A stretch of DNA of 64,000 nt from Candidatus Latescibacterota bacterium (GCA_965222075.1 OZ244937.1:1600001-1664000); one strand, 5' to 3'; counted from the first letter of the stretch, positions 50,316-60,080 are shown. Numbers and translations are program-made. Notes: generated by a model not told the origin, from the sequence alone.

Positions 50316-53300
50316 CTAGAAATTCGATCTGAGCCCCACCTCTACCTTCCGGGGCGCCCCGTAGAAGCTCCGGTCGCCGAGATCTCCATACCGGACGAAC
50401 TCGGAGTTGTCCGGCCGGGGTCTCTGCAGACCCCAGTTGACCCAGTCGGTCGTATTAAACGAACTGTCGTCCGCCTGGTTAAACATGTTCCGGACCTGCA
50501 TGAAAAGGCTGACATCTTTCCCGCCGCCGAATGGGAATCGTTTCTCCACGGCCAGATCCGTCCAGGTGCGGACGGGACGGGCCCGCCGCACCCGCCCGGC
50601 ATTCGGTGGGGTGTACCAGAAGCCCCCTGTGTTCTGCAGGCGCCAGATGAGGTTGACCCGCCAGTTGGCCAGCACCTTGCTCCCGAGTAGACGGGCATCC
50701 GGCCCGTAGTCCGGCGGTGTGTGGTAGACGAACTGCAAGCTGGCCTGGTTGCGGATGTCTCCGCCGTCGGGATTCAGGCCGGTATAATACCCCCGCACCC
50801 AGACTTTGAGGTGCTCCTCGTTGAACTCGTCAATGTCCGTATAACCCGCATACGAGATGGGCATATCTAAACCGTCGGCCGTGAGCGTCTGTTCGTAGCC
50901 CTTTCCTCCGGGCCTGCCGTGCCGATTCCTGTTGTTTCTGATCACATTGTTGGCAGTGTGCCCGATCGCCCTGATCTGTTCCTCGGTCAGGGGCACCGGC
51001 ACCTCTTGGCCGTTTTGGACCGTGAACTCGTACCAGTAGCGCCCGCTGGCAATATAAGTGGAGTCGGGATACATGAAGTTGAACCAGGCGTCCCAGTTGC
51101 CCCAGGCCTGCTGCGCGTCGGTCAGGTTGTAGCTCAGGTTGAACGCAAAGTTGTTGGTGAACGACTTGCTGAGGGAAAACTCCAGCCCCCGCTGCTCCTC
51201 GAACCCGTTGTTGTGGAGCATCCGGGCGTAAGGCGCCATCCACCCCGGTTTGTGAGGCGCGTAAAAGCGGGCATCGGAGTGGTAGTGGAACTGGTCCTTT
51301 GCGCTTTTATAGTAGAGCGCAACAGCAGCGACATAATTTGACACAAAGTTCCAGTCGGCCCCCACCTCCATCGACACCGTCTGCTCCGGACGCAGGTCGG
51401 AAGTTCCGAACGATTCTCTCCAGTAGGGCCGCATGGCATTGTAGAGCTCGTTCGAATCGATCCTGCCGTTATCGTTCCAGTCGTTGTCTTCGCCCGCAAC
51501 CCGCCAGTCCGAACTGGTGAACCAGTAGACATCCGGATAGGCCAGGAACAGACCGACGAAGTAGTGCATGGAGGCTTTATCCGTGATCGGATGCGACACC
51601 CCGAACCTGGGACTCACATTTGTGAAAACCCTCGGGTCCTTCATCGGCGCATTCTGGTAGCGCAGGGGCGAGAAGTACATCGGAGAAAACGCGTAATTCG
51701 TGAGCGAGGGGAACTTGGACACCGGGTCGAGCCGGTCGATCCGCAGGCCCGCGTTGATGACCATTCCCTCGAACTCCATCTTATCCTGCACGTAGAACGC
51801 CAGGTGCAGCGGCTTTGAGGGATTTCCGATCACGGCCTCCGCGCCCGTGTACTCAAGCCGCCGGGCCGTTGGCGATTCGTAGGAGAACCGGGTTTGCCAC
51901 ACGCTGTACTTGATCGCCTCCATCCCGACCTTCAAGAAGTGTCCTTTCGTCACCTGGCTGGCCAGGTCAAACTTCAACTGATACCGCCTTCGGTCAGAAA
52001 TCCCCCATTGATTGATCTGCCGGTCGGTGACAAACCAGCCCTGTTCATCCGTGCTTGGATCTCCGGTCCTCGGCGATATAGACCCGACCGTATCCTGCCG
52101 GGTCCTGTACCGGGAAATCCTCAGATCGTAGAACGTCTTGGCAGACAGAGAGTGCGTGAACGCCACGTATTCCATGTCGTGGAGCGTTTCCATTTTACCC
52201 GATGCGCTCCACTCCTCCGGCAAAAAGAGGTTCTTCCCGTTGTCGTCTATGCCCCGGATGGTCCCGGTTCTGGATGTCAGCCCCCCGATGTTTCGATACG
52301 AACCGTTGTCCCTTCCCATATACTGGTCATTGTACGAGAACAGCCCCCCGACCTTCACCTTGATTTCTGTCGTTAGACGGAAGGCAAAGCTGGACGATCC
52401 CTGGAAGTTTTTGGTGGACGGGACGAAGCTTCCCCGCTCGGTCAAAAAACCTCTTTCCGTCGCACTGGGGTACACGGGGGCGATCCGGCTCGTGCTGCCG
52501 CTCAAGATGAACGAAACCCGATCCGTCAGAGGCCCGGAAACGGTCCCTTCCATCTCGTGGCCCGATACCTCGTCGTACCGCGAGCGCTTATGCACAACGC
52601 GCCCCGTTGCCGGGTTGCGCTCGTTCTCCCACTGCCCATCCCCCCACTTCATCTTGTCCCGGTGCATCGGGCTATCGTATATATTTGCCCCCCAGTGCTG
52701 CTGGCCGCCGGGGTGATACTTGTACTCCGTCCACGCACGGAAACTCTGACCCCCGTCTTTCGTCACGATGTTGACGACCCCGGCCTGCGCATTGCCGAAT
52801 TCGGCATTCATCCCGCCGGTCACCACCGCGATCTCCTGCACGGCCGACCGATTGATCGACTGCCATTGGTGGGAATCCGCGCCATCGCTGTTCACGATCT
52901 TCACACCGTCAACATAATAGGCCACATCGCCGCCCACTTTGCCCCGCCATTCCCCCGCACTGGTGCTGCCCCTCATCCGGCCGGACCCATCCAGGTGCAC
53001 CCCCGGCTGAAGCGTGATCATTTCGCTCGTGGACCTGACGATCGGGAGGTTTTCGATCTCGTCGGCGCCCACCGTATACTTGGAGAAGGTCTTGTCCACC
53101 TCCACAGGGGGACTTACGGCCTTCACCACCATCTCCTCCAGTTCCAGCGCCGCCTCTGCCAGTGTAAACGTCACCTCCGTGGTATGGTCCACCTCCACCC
53201 GGACGTCCGTCTTCGTCTCTGTCTGATATCCGACCAGAGAGGCCGTCAGGGTGTGAAGGCCGGGATCGACCGCCAGGATGACATAATATCCACTCTCATC

Positions 53301-53477
53301 CGCGGAGGCCCCCACCCTCGTGCCTTCAATCACCACGTTGGCGCCGGGCAACGGCCCTCCGGTGTTATCCAGGACCCGCCCCGTGATCTTCCCGACCGTT
53401 GCGGCCGTGGCATCGCTGACAAATATCATCGCCAGCGACAGAAAAAGAATTCCAGCAACACAGATGGTCTTTTTCAT
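50316..53477 (-). CDS. TonB-dependent receptor with N-terminal carboxypeptidase-regulatory-like domain
   Basis: GKITGRV..PLPGANV, GGMNAEFGNAQAGVVNIVTK, LRPEQT, terminal Phe. Confidence 0.9.
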   Translation of the reverse strand: MKKTICVAGILFLSLAMIFVSDATAATVGKITGRVLDNTGGPLPGANVVIEGTRVGASADESGYYVILAVDPGLHTLTASLVGYQTETKTDVRVEVDHTTEVTFTLAEAALELEEMVVKAVSPPVEVDKTFSKYTVGADEIENLPIVRSTSEMITLQPGVHLDGSGRMRGSTSAGEWRGKVGGDVAYYVDGVKIVNSDGADSHQWQSINRSAVQEIAVVTGGMNAEFGNAQAGVVNIVTKDGGQSFRAWTEYKYHPGGQQHWGANIYDSPMHRDKMKWGDGQWENERNPATGRVVHKRSRYDEVSGHEMEGTVSGPLTDRVSFILSGSTSRIAPVYPSATERGFLTERGSFVPSTKNFQGSSSFAFRLTTEIKVKVGGLFSYNDQYMGRDNGSYRNIGGLTSRTGTIRGIDDNGKNLFLPEEWSASGKMETLHDMEYVAFTHSLSAKTFYDLRISRYRTRQDTVGSISPRTGDPSTDEQGWFVTDRQINQWGISDRRRYQLKFDLASQVTKGHFLKVGMEAIKYSVWQTRFSYESPTARRLEYTGAEAVIGNPSKPLHLAFYVQDKMEFEGMVINAGLRIDRLDPVSKFPSLTNYAFSPMYFSPLRYQNAPMKDPRVFTNVSPRFGVSHPITDKASMHYFVGLFLAYPDVYWFTSSDWRVAGEDNDWNDNGRIDSNELYNAMRPYWRESFGTSDLRPEQTVSMEVGADWNFVSNYVAAVALYYKSAKDQFHYHSDARFYAPHKPGWMAPYARMLHNNGFEEQRGLEFSLSKSFTNNFAFNLSYNLTDAQQAWGNWDAWFNFMYPDSTYIASGRYWYEFTVQNGQEVPVPLTEEQIRAIGHTANNVIRNNRNRHGRPGGKGYEQTLTADGLDMPISYAGYTDIDEFNEEHLKVWVRGYYTGLNPDGGDIRNQASLQFVYHTPPDYGPDARLLGSKVLANWRVNLIWRLQNTGGFWYTPPNAGRVRRARPVRTWTDLAVEKRFPFGGGKDVSLFMQVRNMFNQADDSSFNTTDWVNWGLQRPRPDNSEFVRYGDLGDRSFYGAPRKVEVGLRSNF

Positions 53478-53607
53478 GACTTGCTACCCCCTGTTGTGGA
53501 TATTTATTCTGAATACCTCTGATATTCGGCCCCCGACCCCCTTCACAACACTTTCATTATATAAATACACAAGGCCTCCTTTCTTGAGTTGCCCGGCATA
53601 ATCCAGC

Positions 53608-54327
53608 CTACTTTTTGCCCACATCGTAAAACTTGAATGCGATCTCAAAATCCAGCATCTGTATCGGCCAGACCTCATTGACGCCCCACAATTCATAAGG
53701 CCTGAGATTGCCGGCCAGAAAATTATGCTGAACCCGGAAATCCAGCGCGACGAAATGGGATAAAAAAAACTCCACGCCAAATCCAAAGTTGACCCCCAGC
53801 GCCGCCCGGCGGTCTTGCTGCGGCAGCAAGTGAGAGCTCAGATCGAGCGGCTCCGTTGTCTGGCCCGGGTAAATCAGGCCGCTCACATTATTCTTGTATT
53901 CGTGAAAACCTGCGCCGAGCAATACGTAAGGAGATACCCCCTGGCTGGTGAAAAGATTCTTCTTGTCTCCCAGGCGAAAGACAGTGTTGATCAGCACGCT
54001 GTTGATCCGCATATTCGCAGCGGCCCGAGGACTGGAATACTCCTTATTGTCCACATTCCACATGAACACACGATCCTCAATCTTCCCATTCTTGTATTTG
54101 ATCCGATGAAACTCGAACTCTAGAGCCAGTTTGGCATCCATAGAATAGACCAGGCTGCCACCCCACTTCGCCGCTTGATTGTACCAGCTCTGGTTCAGGC
54201 CGAACACAGGTTTGTTATAACCCAGGAAGAGCCTCCCGCCAATCCGTTTGTAATCCTGCCCGTATGAAGCCGACGCCAGCAACAACACCAGAACACCGGT
54301 AAGCGTTATACATTTCCATTGTCTCAT
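53608..54327 (-). CDS. Outer-membrane beta-barrel (OmpA/porin-like) protein
   Basis: Signal peptide, SPYVLLGAG, GVNFGFGVEF amphipathic strands. Confidence 0.7.
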   Translation of the reverse strand: MRQWKCITLTGVLVLLLASASYGQDYKRIGGRLFLGYNKPVFGLNQSWYNQAAKWGGSLVYSMDAKLALEFEFHRIKYKNGKIEDRVFMWNVDNKEYSSPRAAANMRINSVLINTVFRLGDKKNLFTSQGVSPYVLLGAGFHEYKNNVSGLIYPGQTTEPLDLSSHLLPQQDRRAALGVNFGFGVEFFLSHFVALDFRVQHNFLAGNLRPYELWGVNEVWPIQMLDFEIAFKFYDVGKK

Positions 54328-54796
54328 AACATACCCTCCTTTACTCAGACAACCGTTGTGGGTTGGATCCTGCGGGGCGGAGCGGTCAATCCCCCCAGTA
54401 CCATCGTAGCCTCGCTCACCCAGAAATTTTCCGAACCACGCAGCACCTGTTACTCCTTAACCGATCACGAATGCACAAGAATCACTCATGTACCAAATAA
54501 TAATATATAAATCCCCTTTGTCAAGCAGAAAAACGCGATGGCACGAAAAAAATTAAGTGAGCGTTGTATAAGTTATAAGCCTATTAAAACAAGAGCTTAC
54601 GTCAAAAAATGCCCAAAACTATATGGCCATAATCAATTCAGGTGCCGCGTCCAGCATGATTTCTTCAAATTCATCAAGACTGGCAGCCTCAATATGCAAG
54701 CCCTCAATGTCGCTTTGAGCATAGAAGACCTGCGCCTCATTGTCCCGGATAGCCTTCACGGTAAAAGTGCGCTTCATAATGTGCTCCTCCGCTGTA

Positions 54797-54990
54797 AGAA
54801 GCTGTCTTAAAACCCACGTCGGGCCGCTTTGCAGGGCTGTCGAGTTCCCCTGGCGTCAGGCGATTTTCGAGGGCGAGACCTGCCTGCCGAGTCGGCGCCC
54901 TCGTTCCCGGGTTCTTTGCACGCTGTCTGCAAGCAGGCAGACAGGCAGGTCCGCTTGAGGGACCGAACCCGAAATTTTAAAACGGCTTCT
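54797..54990. mobile_element. MITE-like element with 16-bp imperfect terminal inverted repeats
   Basis: AGAAGCTGTCTTAAAA (54797-54812) versus rc of 54975-54990 AGAAGCCGTTTTAAAA (14/16); no clear target duplication. Confidence 0.55.
54879..54949. repeat. 71-bp composite hairpin insertion element nested in the MITE
   Basis: CCTGCCTGCC...GCAGACAGGCAGG at GA^TC. Confidence 0.7.
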
Positions 54991-55861
54991 GAGAGATCGC
55001 TTGCACACAGCGAAATCCGGTAAAGATGCTCCGGTGGTCACCCGGAAAGAACCTGAAACGGGCCGACGTCTGAAGATAGTGGGGAAGGTGGTGCCACGAA
55101 CTCCCCCTCACCACACGGAATCTACCGGTATCCGGACCGGGAGGGTTGCGCCTGGGGCTTTCCGTGTAGTAAGTCTCGTCGTACCAGTCCCTGCACCATT
55201 CCCACACGTTGCCCGCCATATCCTGGAGACCGTAAGGACTTGCCCCTGCCGGCAGGGAACCCACGGGCATGGTATGGCAATACTCGCCCGCCACCGGGCC
55301 GCTCGGCGGGTTTTCCCAGCTGCTCCTGCCGCAGTGACCGCCCAGGTCCATAACCGCACGCGCGCCCGTAGGTTCCTCTTCCCCCCACGGGTACGTCCGG
55401 CCGGCCGTCCCCCGCGCTGCCTTCTCCCACTGCGCCTCCGTCGGCAGATCCCCACCCCGCCACCTGCAGTAGGCAACGGCATCCTCCCAGGACACCCCCA
55501 CTACGGGCTGCGTCGGTCCCGAAAAAAGCGGGTTGTCCGTTTCGGCCGACTCCCGATGTCCTGCGGCCTGAACAAAGGCCCGATACTGCGCATGGGCCAC
55601 CTCATATTTGTCGATATAATAGGCATCCAGATAAACCATGTGTGCAGGCCCCTCAGGCGCAAATCCCCGGTTTGTCCCCATCAGAAACTCCCCTGCGGGG
55701 ATGGCAATCATCGTGTCTACGGTCCCCGCAGGTGTGCGGGCCAGGAAAATCTCTCCCCCCACCACCGGGTTCAGCACGGAATCCTTTTCCCCACACCCGG
55801 CGCACCAGAGGAGAAGACAGAGCACCAGACGCCATCGCGGTCGTGTTTTCAACCTGTGCAT
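54977..55861 (-). CDS. FGE-sulfatase domain lipoprotein
   Basis: [31 protein letters not shown]; lipobox-like CAGC. Confidence 0.85.
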   Translation of the reverse strand: MHRLKTRPRWRLVLCLLLWCAGCGEKDSVLNPVVGGEIFLARTPAGTVDTMIAIPAGEFLMGTNRGFAPEGPAHMVYLDAYYIDKYEVAHAQYRAFVQAAGHRESAETDNPLFSGPTQPVVGVSWEDAVAYCRWRGGDLPTEAQWEKAARGTAGRTYPWGEEEPTGARAVMDLGGHCGRSSWENPPSGPVAGEYCHTMPVGSLPAGASPYGLQDMAGNVWEWCRDWYDETYYTESPRRNPPGPDTGRFRVVRGSSWHHLPHYLQTSARFRFFPGDHRSIFTGFRCVQAISQKPF

Positions 55862-55878
55862 CCCTGCTCGCTTCCCAT

Positions 55879-56487
55879 TTACCTGCTCAGAAGAGCCAGA
55901 AAATCCCTCCGGAGCTTCTCCCGGGTCCCCACAACCGTGCGCCCCCAGCTCAGCAGTGGGTCTGGCAACTCTTCCCACAGGGCCTCAGGGCCAAACAGAA
56001 AATAAATATCCCAGACCACCTCCACATCCTCGCCATACCTCCCCTGTGCTGCGAACCACCGCCCCACAACCCGCTGCTCATCCCACAGATGAATCACCCT
56101 CGAGTCCGGAATAAGGCTCTTCTTCCACTCCGACCGGGCATCGCTGGCAATCATCGGAAGCCAGACCGCGTAAACCTTCACATCTGCCGTGCTATTCTTT
56201 TCCAGAAGCTCCTCTTGCACCCAACTGGCGCCTGCCTGGCAGACCCCTCACGTAGGCGAAAGCAGCAGAATCAGGCGGGGTACACCCGCATCCTGGTTGA
56301 ACACCTCCTGGAGCTCCTCAATCCGGCCGATATCCTCCAAATCCTGAAAGGACTCATCGGATACCGGATTGTCACCGCAGGCGGCAAACATACCCACCGT
56401 CAGAAGCAGCATCAACCGCCACTCCAGGCAGACATCTCCAATCATCCACAGACAACGCCGGACGTCTCTTATCATCTCTTCCTCCAT
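55879..56487 (-). CDS. Probable selenoprotein, thioredoxin-like fold with UxxC motif (UGA at 56248-56250)
   Basis: Two track ORFs join in frame across TGA: RLILLLSPT-U-GVCQAGASWVQEELL..VYAVWLPMI..D..WDIYFLFGP. Confidence 0.8.
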
Positions 56488-56792
56488 CGTGAAGGGGGAT
56501 CCTCAGTACGTTACAAAATCAGCATGCGGGCGGGGCGCGGAAGACGGGGCGACGACCTCACTACCAGCCAATGTGAAGGCAGGACCACCGGCGTGTCGGC
56601 CAAAGCCTCCCGAAGGACGGGTGCCAGCGAGCGGGGAAACAGGGAACGGTTAGCGTCCATTTGTCGATTGTATTAGCGGCCAATTGCCGGTTAAGAGAGC
56701 GTCCAATTGTCGAATGGCTGCAACGTGACAATCTATTGGGGAAGGGGACGCGGTGGGGATCACGTGACACGAGCGCAGTGGACTCGCTCCCG

Positions 56793-57866
56793 CTAAAACC
56801 TGAAGGTGAAGATTCTGATCGTGTGTCGACTCGGCCAGGGTCTGCTGAAGTCCAGGGCCTTGTACTGCTCGGGCACGGTGGACCAGCCTTTGTAGATGTT
56901 GCCGCCGAAGTAGAAACGCCGCGTCGTGCCGGGCTCCGTGGTCGCAGTGCCCGTCGCGAAGAGCTCGTAGGAATGCTCCGGCGGGCGTGGGCCGATTTGA
57001 TCGTCGTGAGGCACGTACTCCCTGCGACCGTCGCCGTCGACGTCCGCTCGAATCCAGTCGAGATGGAGCAGGCGATGGTAGCTGCGGTCGGCGATCAGGC
57101 CGCGCAGCTCGGCGTTGAACCGCGAGATGATCGACTCGGCGTCCGGAAGCGACCGGCGGACGGCGAGGTGAAGCGAGCGTGTGAGCAGCGGCGTCGAGCC
57201 GAACGCCAGCCGCGTTCGAGCTTCTTCTGCGTGGTTGCTGATGAGGTACTGGATGACGAGGTCGTCCATCAGCGTGTAGTCCACCTCACCGTTGAGGAGT
57301 CTTGCGACGCTGTTCTCTTCGCTGTTCGAGCCAACGAAGATCGGCCCGTCCGTCGTCTCGACTGCCTCGCCATACGCGTACCCGGCGACCAGGGCGATCC
57401 GCTTGCCGGCGAGGTCGGACAGCGAGGTCGCGGACACGTCGCTGCCCTGCCGCCCGACGAGGATCAACCGGTTCTCGAGATACGGCTGCGAGTAAATCAG
57501 CGCGCGTTCGCGCTCCGTGTCCTTCCAGAGGGCCGCGCTTCCGTCGAACTCGCCGCTCAGCAGTGAGGGCGTCAGCCTGGCCTCATCCACGATGACCGTT
57601 TCGGCGATGATCCCCATGCGTTCGAGAGCCACCTCGACCAGATCGAGGGCGAACCGCGGCTGTCCTGGCGCGTTGGTGAACGGCGACCACGCCGTCGACA
57701 CGAGCTGCATCTGCCGATCCTGCGCTGCCGCCATGATCGGTATGGCGATGATCAGGAGTAGCAGCGCTCCGGTCATCCACCGGATCCAACGAAGAAGCCG
57801 TGTTTGGCGCATGGGTCGTGAATTTTCCAGTTTCCGTGCGTCGTTCGCTGACATATTGTAAGTCAT
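56793..57866 (-). CDS. Family 3 extracellular solute-binding protein
   Basis: WSPF, ERERALIYSQPYLENRL, LSDLAGKRI, RLLNGEVDY. Confidence 0.8.
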   Translation of the reverse strand: MTYNMSANDARKLENSRPMRQTRLLRWIRWMTGALLLLIIAIPIMAAAQDRQMQLVSTAWSPFTNAPGQPRFALDLVEVALERMGIIAETVIVDEARLTPSLLSGEFDGSAALWKDTERERALIYSQPYLENRLILVGRQGSDVSATSLSDLAGKRIALVAGYAYGEAVETTDGPIFVGSNSEENSVARLLNGEVDYTLMDDLVIQYLISNHAEEARTRLAFGSTPLLTRSLHLAVRRSLPDAESIISRFNAELRGLIADRSYHRLLHLDWIRADVDGDGRREYVPHDDQIGPRPPEHSYELFATGTATTEPGTTRRFYFGGNIYKGWSTVPEQYKALDFSRPWPSRHTIRIFTFRF

Positions 57867-57994
57867 TCTTCACCCCTCCTGCTATTTACGCACTCTACTC
57901 CAGGCCGCACTGAAGGATTTTCATGTACGCAGGTCCGACGTCTCCACGCCGGCTGAAATCTCGCCCTCTGACCAATCTACCAGGAGTTGCCGCC

Positions 57995-58180
57995 CCCTGC
58001 CACCCGGCATCAAGCAGTGGTTCAGGACCTGGTTCCTGAACCTGGTTCGTCCTTTCTGCCTGCCAATGCCATCAACGTCCCTATTGCCTTTTCTGTCAGG
58101 CAGTTACGCAGAATTTCGACCTGGTGCCGACCTGGTGCCCAACTTGTGCGGTGTCCTGGTCCCGACCTGTGCGGTCGGCC
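57995..58180 (-). pseudogene. Remnant of a Fic/RecG-associated C-terminal HTH domain
   Basis: Frameshifted HQVEILRNCLTEKAIGTLMALAGRKD..RFRNQVL..LLDAG. Confidence 0.45.
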
Positions 58181-58599
58181 TGGGAAAAGTCGTCGTTACT
58201 CACGACTCCCATAAATATACACCAGGCAAAGTGGAAAAGACAGTCAAAGATGAGGGTGGCCCTGAGCCTGGAGAGGCTGCTTCGAGCCGGTGCCGGAAGG
58301 ATGCTGCAAACCTGCCAGGACTTCGTGGTCTGCCTGCCAGCGGACGAGGCAGGCGGCGGGCATGAAATTCGTGTCTTACTCGACGAGAGCTTTGAACTCC
58401 TCGCTGGCCATGGGTTCGTGCGTGTCCCAACGGCCGCGCATCTCAATTAGAACACGCTGCTTCGACGGCGCGGGCTGCGGGTTGATACGCACCAGGTTCA
58501 CAAGGTCTTTGCACGCATCCAGATTCATCCTCACGTCTGCGGGAGCATCGGGAGCATGAGATAGGAGCGGGGACCAACCGGTTGCCTGTGAAGAACACT

Positions 58600-58864
58600 G
58601 ACAAGCTGTCTCAATATGTACACGGGGCCTTGAGGTGGCGTCATATATCGTGATATCCGGACGGCCGCCTGTCTCGACCTCAGTCTCGCTTTCGATAGAC
58701 TCGGCCTTGAATGGCTCGAATCCGGCACGTTTTGCCACCTTATCGACTAACGCCTGGCACACTCCTGGCGATGCATTAAGGATATATCGCAACGATTCTG
58801 TGGCGATGGTTTCCGGCGATGGCGCAAGCCTTCCTGCCAGGTGCGCCAGGAGACTTTTGTTCAT
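58600..58864 (-). pseudogene. 5' remnant of a PD-(D/E)XK-like nuclease gene
   Basis: SLLAHLA..ATESLRYIL..GRPDI...VHIE, cut off and joined to the same linker that follows the gene ending at 63595. Confidence 0.6.
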
Positions 58865-58880
58865 ATTCCCTTATCTCCTA

Positions 58881-58967
58881 CGTTGGACGACGGCCGCCTG
58901 GGGGATAGAACCACGATGGCAGTCGCCATTTGGAGCGACGCTCCGATCCCGGCGCCGTCAACGTGAA
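58881..58967 (-). pseudogene. Diverged fragment of an Nmad3 paralog
   Basis: 87-bp ungapped similarity to 60810-60896 (FTLTAPGS..KWRLPSWFYPP). Confidence 0.8.
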
Positions 58968-58979
58968 CGCTCACGACGG

Positions 58980-59016
58980 GTTTCAATCCTTGTTCTGGTG
59001 GAAGTATTGCTCTGAT
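58980..59016 (-). CRISPR. Solitary CRISPR-type repeat, family A (37 bp, ...GGATTGAAAC end)
   Basis: GTTTCAATCCTTGTTCTGGTGGAAGTATTGCTCTGAT; first 25 nt identical to 61663. Confidence 0.75.
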
Positions 59017-60080
59017 AAAGAATCGGCCGCCCCCGCGAAACGTCCTACTGAACCGCGTCCGCCATTCGTCGCCAATCCTCCGCTGAACCGCGTCCGCCAT
59101 TCGCGCCAATCCTCCGCAACGCGATCTACTCCTCCTCGGTTGCGGTTCGCGCGCCCAAGTGCACCCGGGCTTGATTGGGCCCAGAATTGCGCGTCCCCGA
59201 TCCGGAACGGCGACGCAATGGCCATTTCGAGGTTGCCTGCCGGCGCCAATCCAAACGACTTGCGGATTGCTCGATATACGGCCAAGCCGAGGCACACCAC
59301 GAGCCTCGGCTCCACAATCTCAATTTCCGGCACGGTGTAGGTCTCTGCTGCCTTCTCCAAATCTTCAACCGGCACGGATTTACTCATTGCTCCATACTTT
59401 ATGAATGGAAACAGGTTTGTCGTGTAGGTTTGCTCCAATCCGATTCCAAAGTGAGTGGAAAGCAGGCTCTTGAGATTCCTGTTGGTCGGCAACTTCGGAT
59501 CGTGCCCCAGCGTAACCAAATTAGAATCTACAGGTTTCTGCAAGAACTCATCCGAACACCAATCCTGGAGCACAAGCATGATATCGGCATTGAGGTTCCA
59601 GGCGGACTTCGTGTAGGGCGATACGAAATCGCACTCATAGGCGCCGGAATGATATTCGCCGATTCCCCTGTATCCGGGAAAAACGTTGTCCCGGCGGTGG
59701 CGGGCAAGCGCCGCGAGGCGTTCCCGCTTTCCGATGCGATTCGCCCGAGAGGGGCTTTGGGTCTTTTGGGGGCGGGCAAGCGCCGCGAGGCGTTCCCGCT
59801 TTCCGATGCTTTCATGCATGCCTGGGCTCCTCTGGAGATCCCTGAGCCTGAGGCCGTCTTTGGGCTTCAGTTCACTGCGGCAATGCGGACACACGGTCGC
59901 CTTTTTGCTGATTCGCTTGCGGCATTGCGGGCACGTCACGCCCGCGAAACACGCGAGGATGATGCCGATGGGGCCCAAGAGCAGGCCTCCAAAGAACCAG
60001 CCCAATCCCGATCCGCCGCGGCTGCTGCCAATGAGCACGGCGATCAGTCCGAAGGCCATCCAGAGCACGAACAGTTCCAT
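58983..60080 (-). CDS. Uracil-DNA glycosylase superfamily protein fused to an N-terminal membrane/zinc-ribbon module; 3' end rearranged
   Basis: CPQC..CPHC; IMLVLQDW, YTTNLFPF, EIEIVEPRLVVCLG. Confidence 0.7.
   Translation of the reverse strand: MELFVLWMAFGLIAVLIGSSRGGSGLGWFFGGLLLGPIGIILACFAGVTCPQCRKRISKKATVCPHCRSELKPKDGLRLRDLQRSPGMHESIGKRERLAALARPQKTQSPSRANRIGKRERLAALARHRRDNVFPGYRGIGEYHSGAYECDFVSPYTKSAWNLNADIMLVLQDWCSDEFLQKPVDSNLVTLGHDPKLPTNRNLKSLLSTHFGIGLEQTYTTNLFPFIKYGAMSKSVPVEDLEKAAETYTVPEIEIVEPRLVVCLGLAVYRAIRKSFGLAPAGNLEMAIASPFRIGDAQFWAQSSPGALGRANRNRGGVDRVAEDWREWRTRFSGGLATNGGRGSVGRFAGAADSLSEQYFHQNKD
59048..59116. repeat. 35/34-bp tandem duplication
   Basis: CTGAACCGCGTCCGCCATTCG(T)CGCCAATCCTCCG twice; single copy in the paralog near 62513. 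Confidence 0.85.
59699..59809. repeat. 39-bp perfect direct repeat flanking a 33-bp unique insert
   Basis: GGCGGGCAAGCG...TTCCGATGC at 59699-59737 and 59771-59809; the paralog near 63116-63154 has one copy and no insert. Confidence 0.9.

Noticed and set aside
54576-54599. TAAGC-N14-GCTTA inverted repeat in the AT-rich promoter region
   Set aside because: Single short occurrence, cannot be distinguished from chance
56230-56247. CCTGCCTGGCAGAC resembling the hairpin family
   Set aside because: It encodes the conserved xxC region after the UGA and is better explained as coding sequence or SECIS
37-57600. Numerous long plus-strand and alternative-frame ORFs (e.g. 16072-18003, 25350-27284, 38186-39601)
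   Set aside because: They shadow well-supported minus-strand genes and have Arg/Pro-rich composition typical of GC-rich antisense frames
58329-58353. Possible degenerate hairpin copy TCTGCCTGCCAGCGGACGAGGCAGG
   Set aside because: Imperfect ends and no way to reconstruct an empty site; not counted
58881-58979. Nmad3-like sequence after a repeat interpreted as a self-targeting spacer
   Set aside because: About 99 bp long, diverged and not closed by a second repeat; a deletion remnant is simpler
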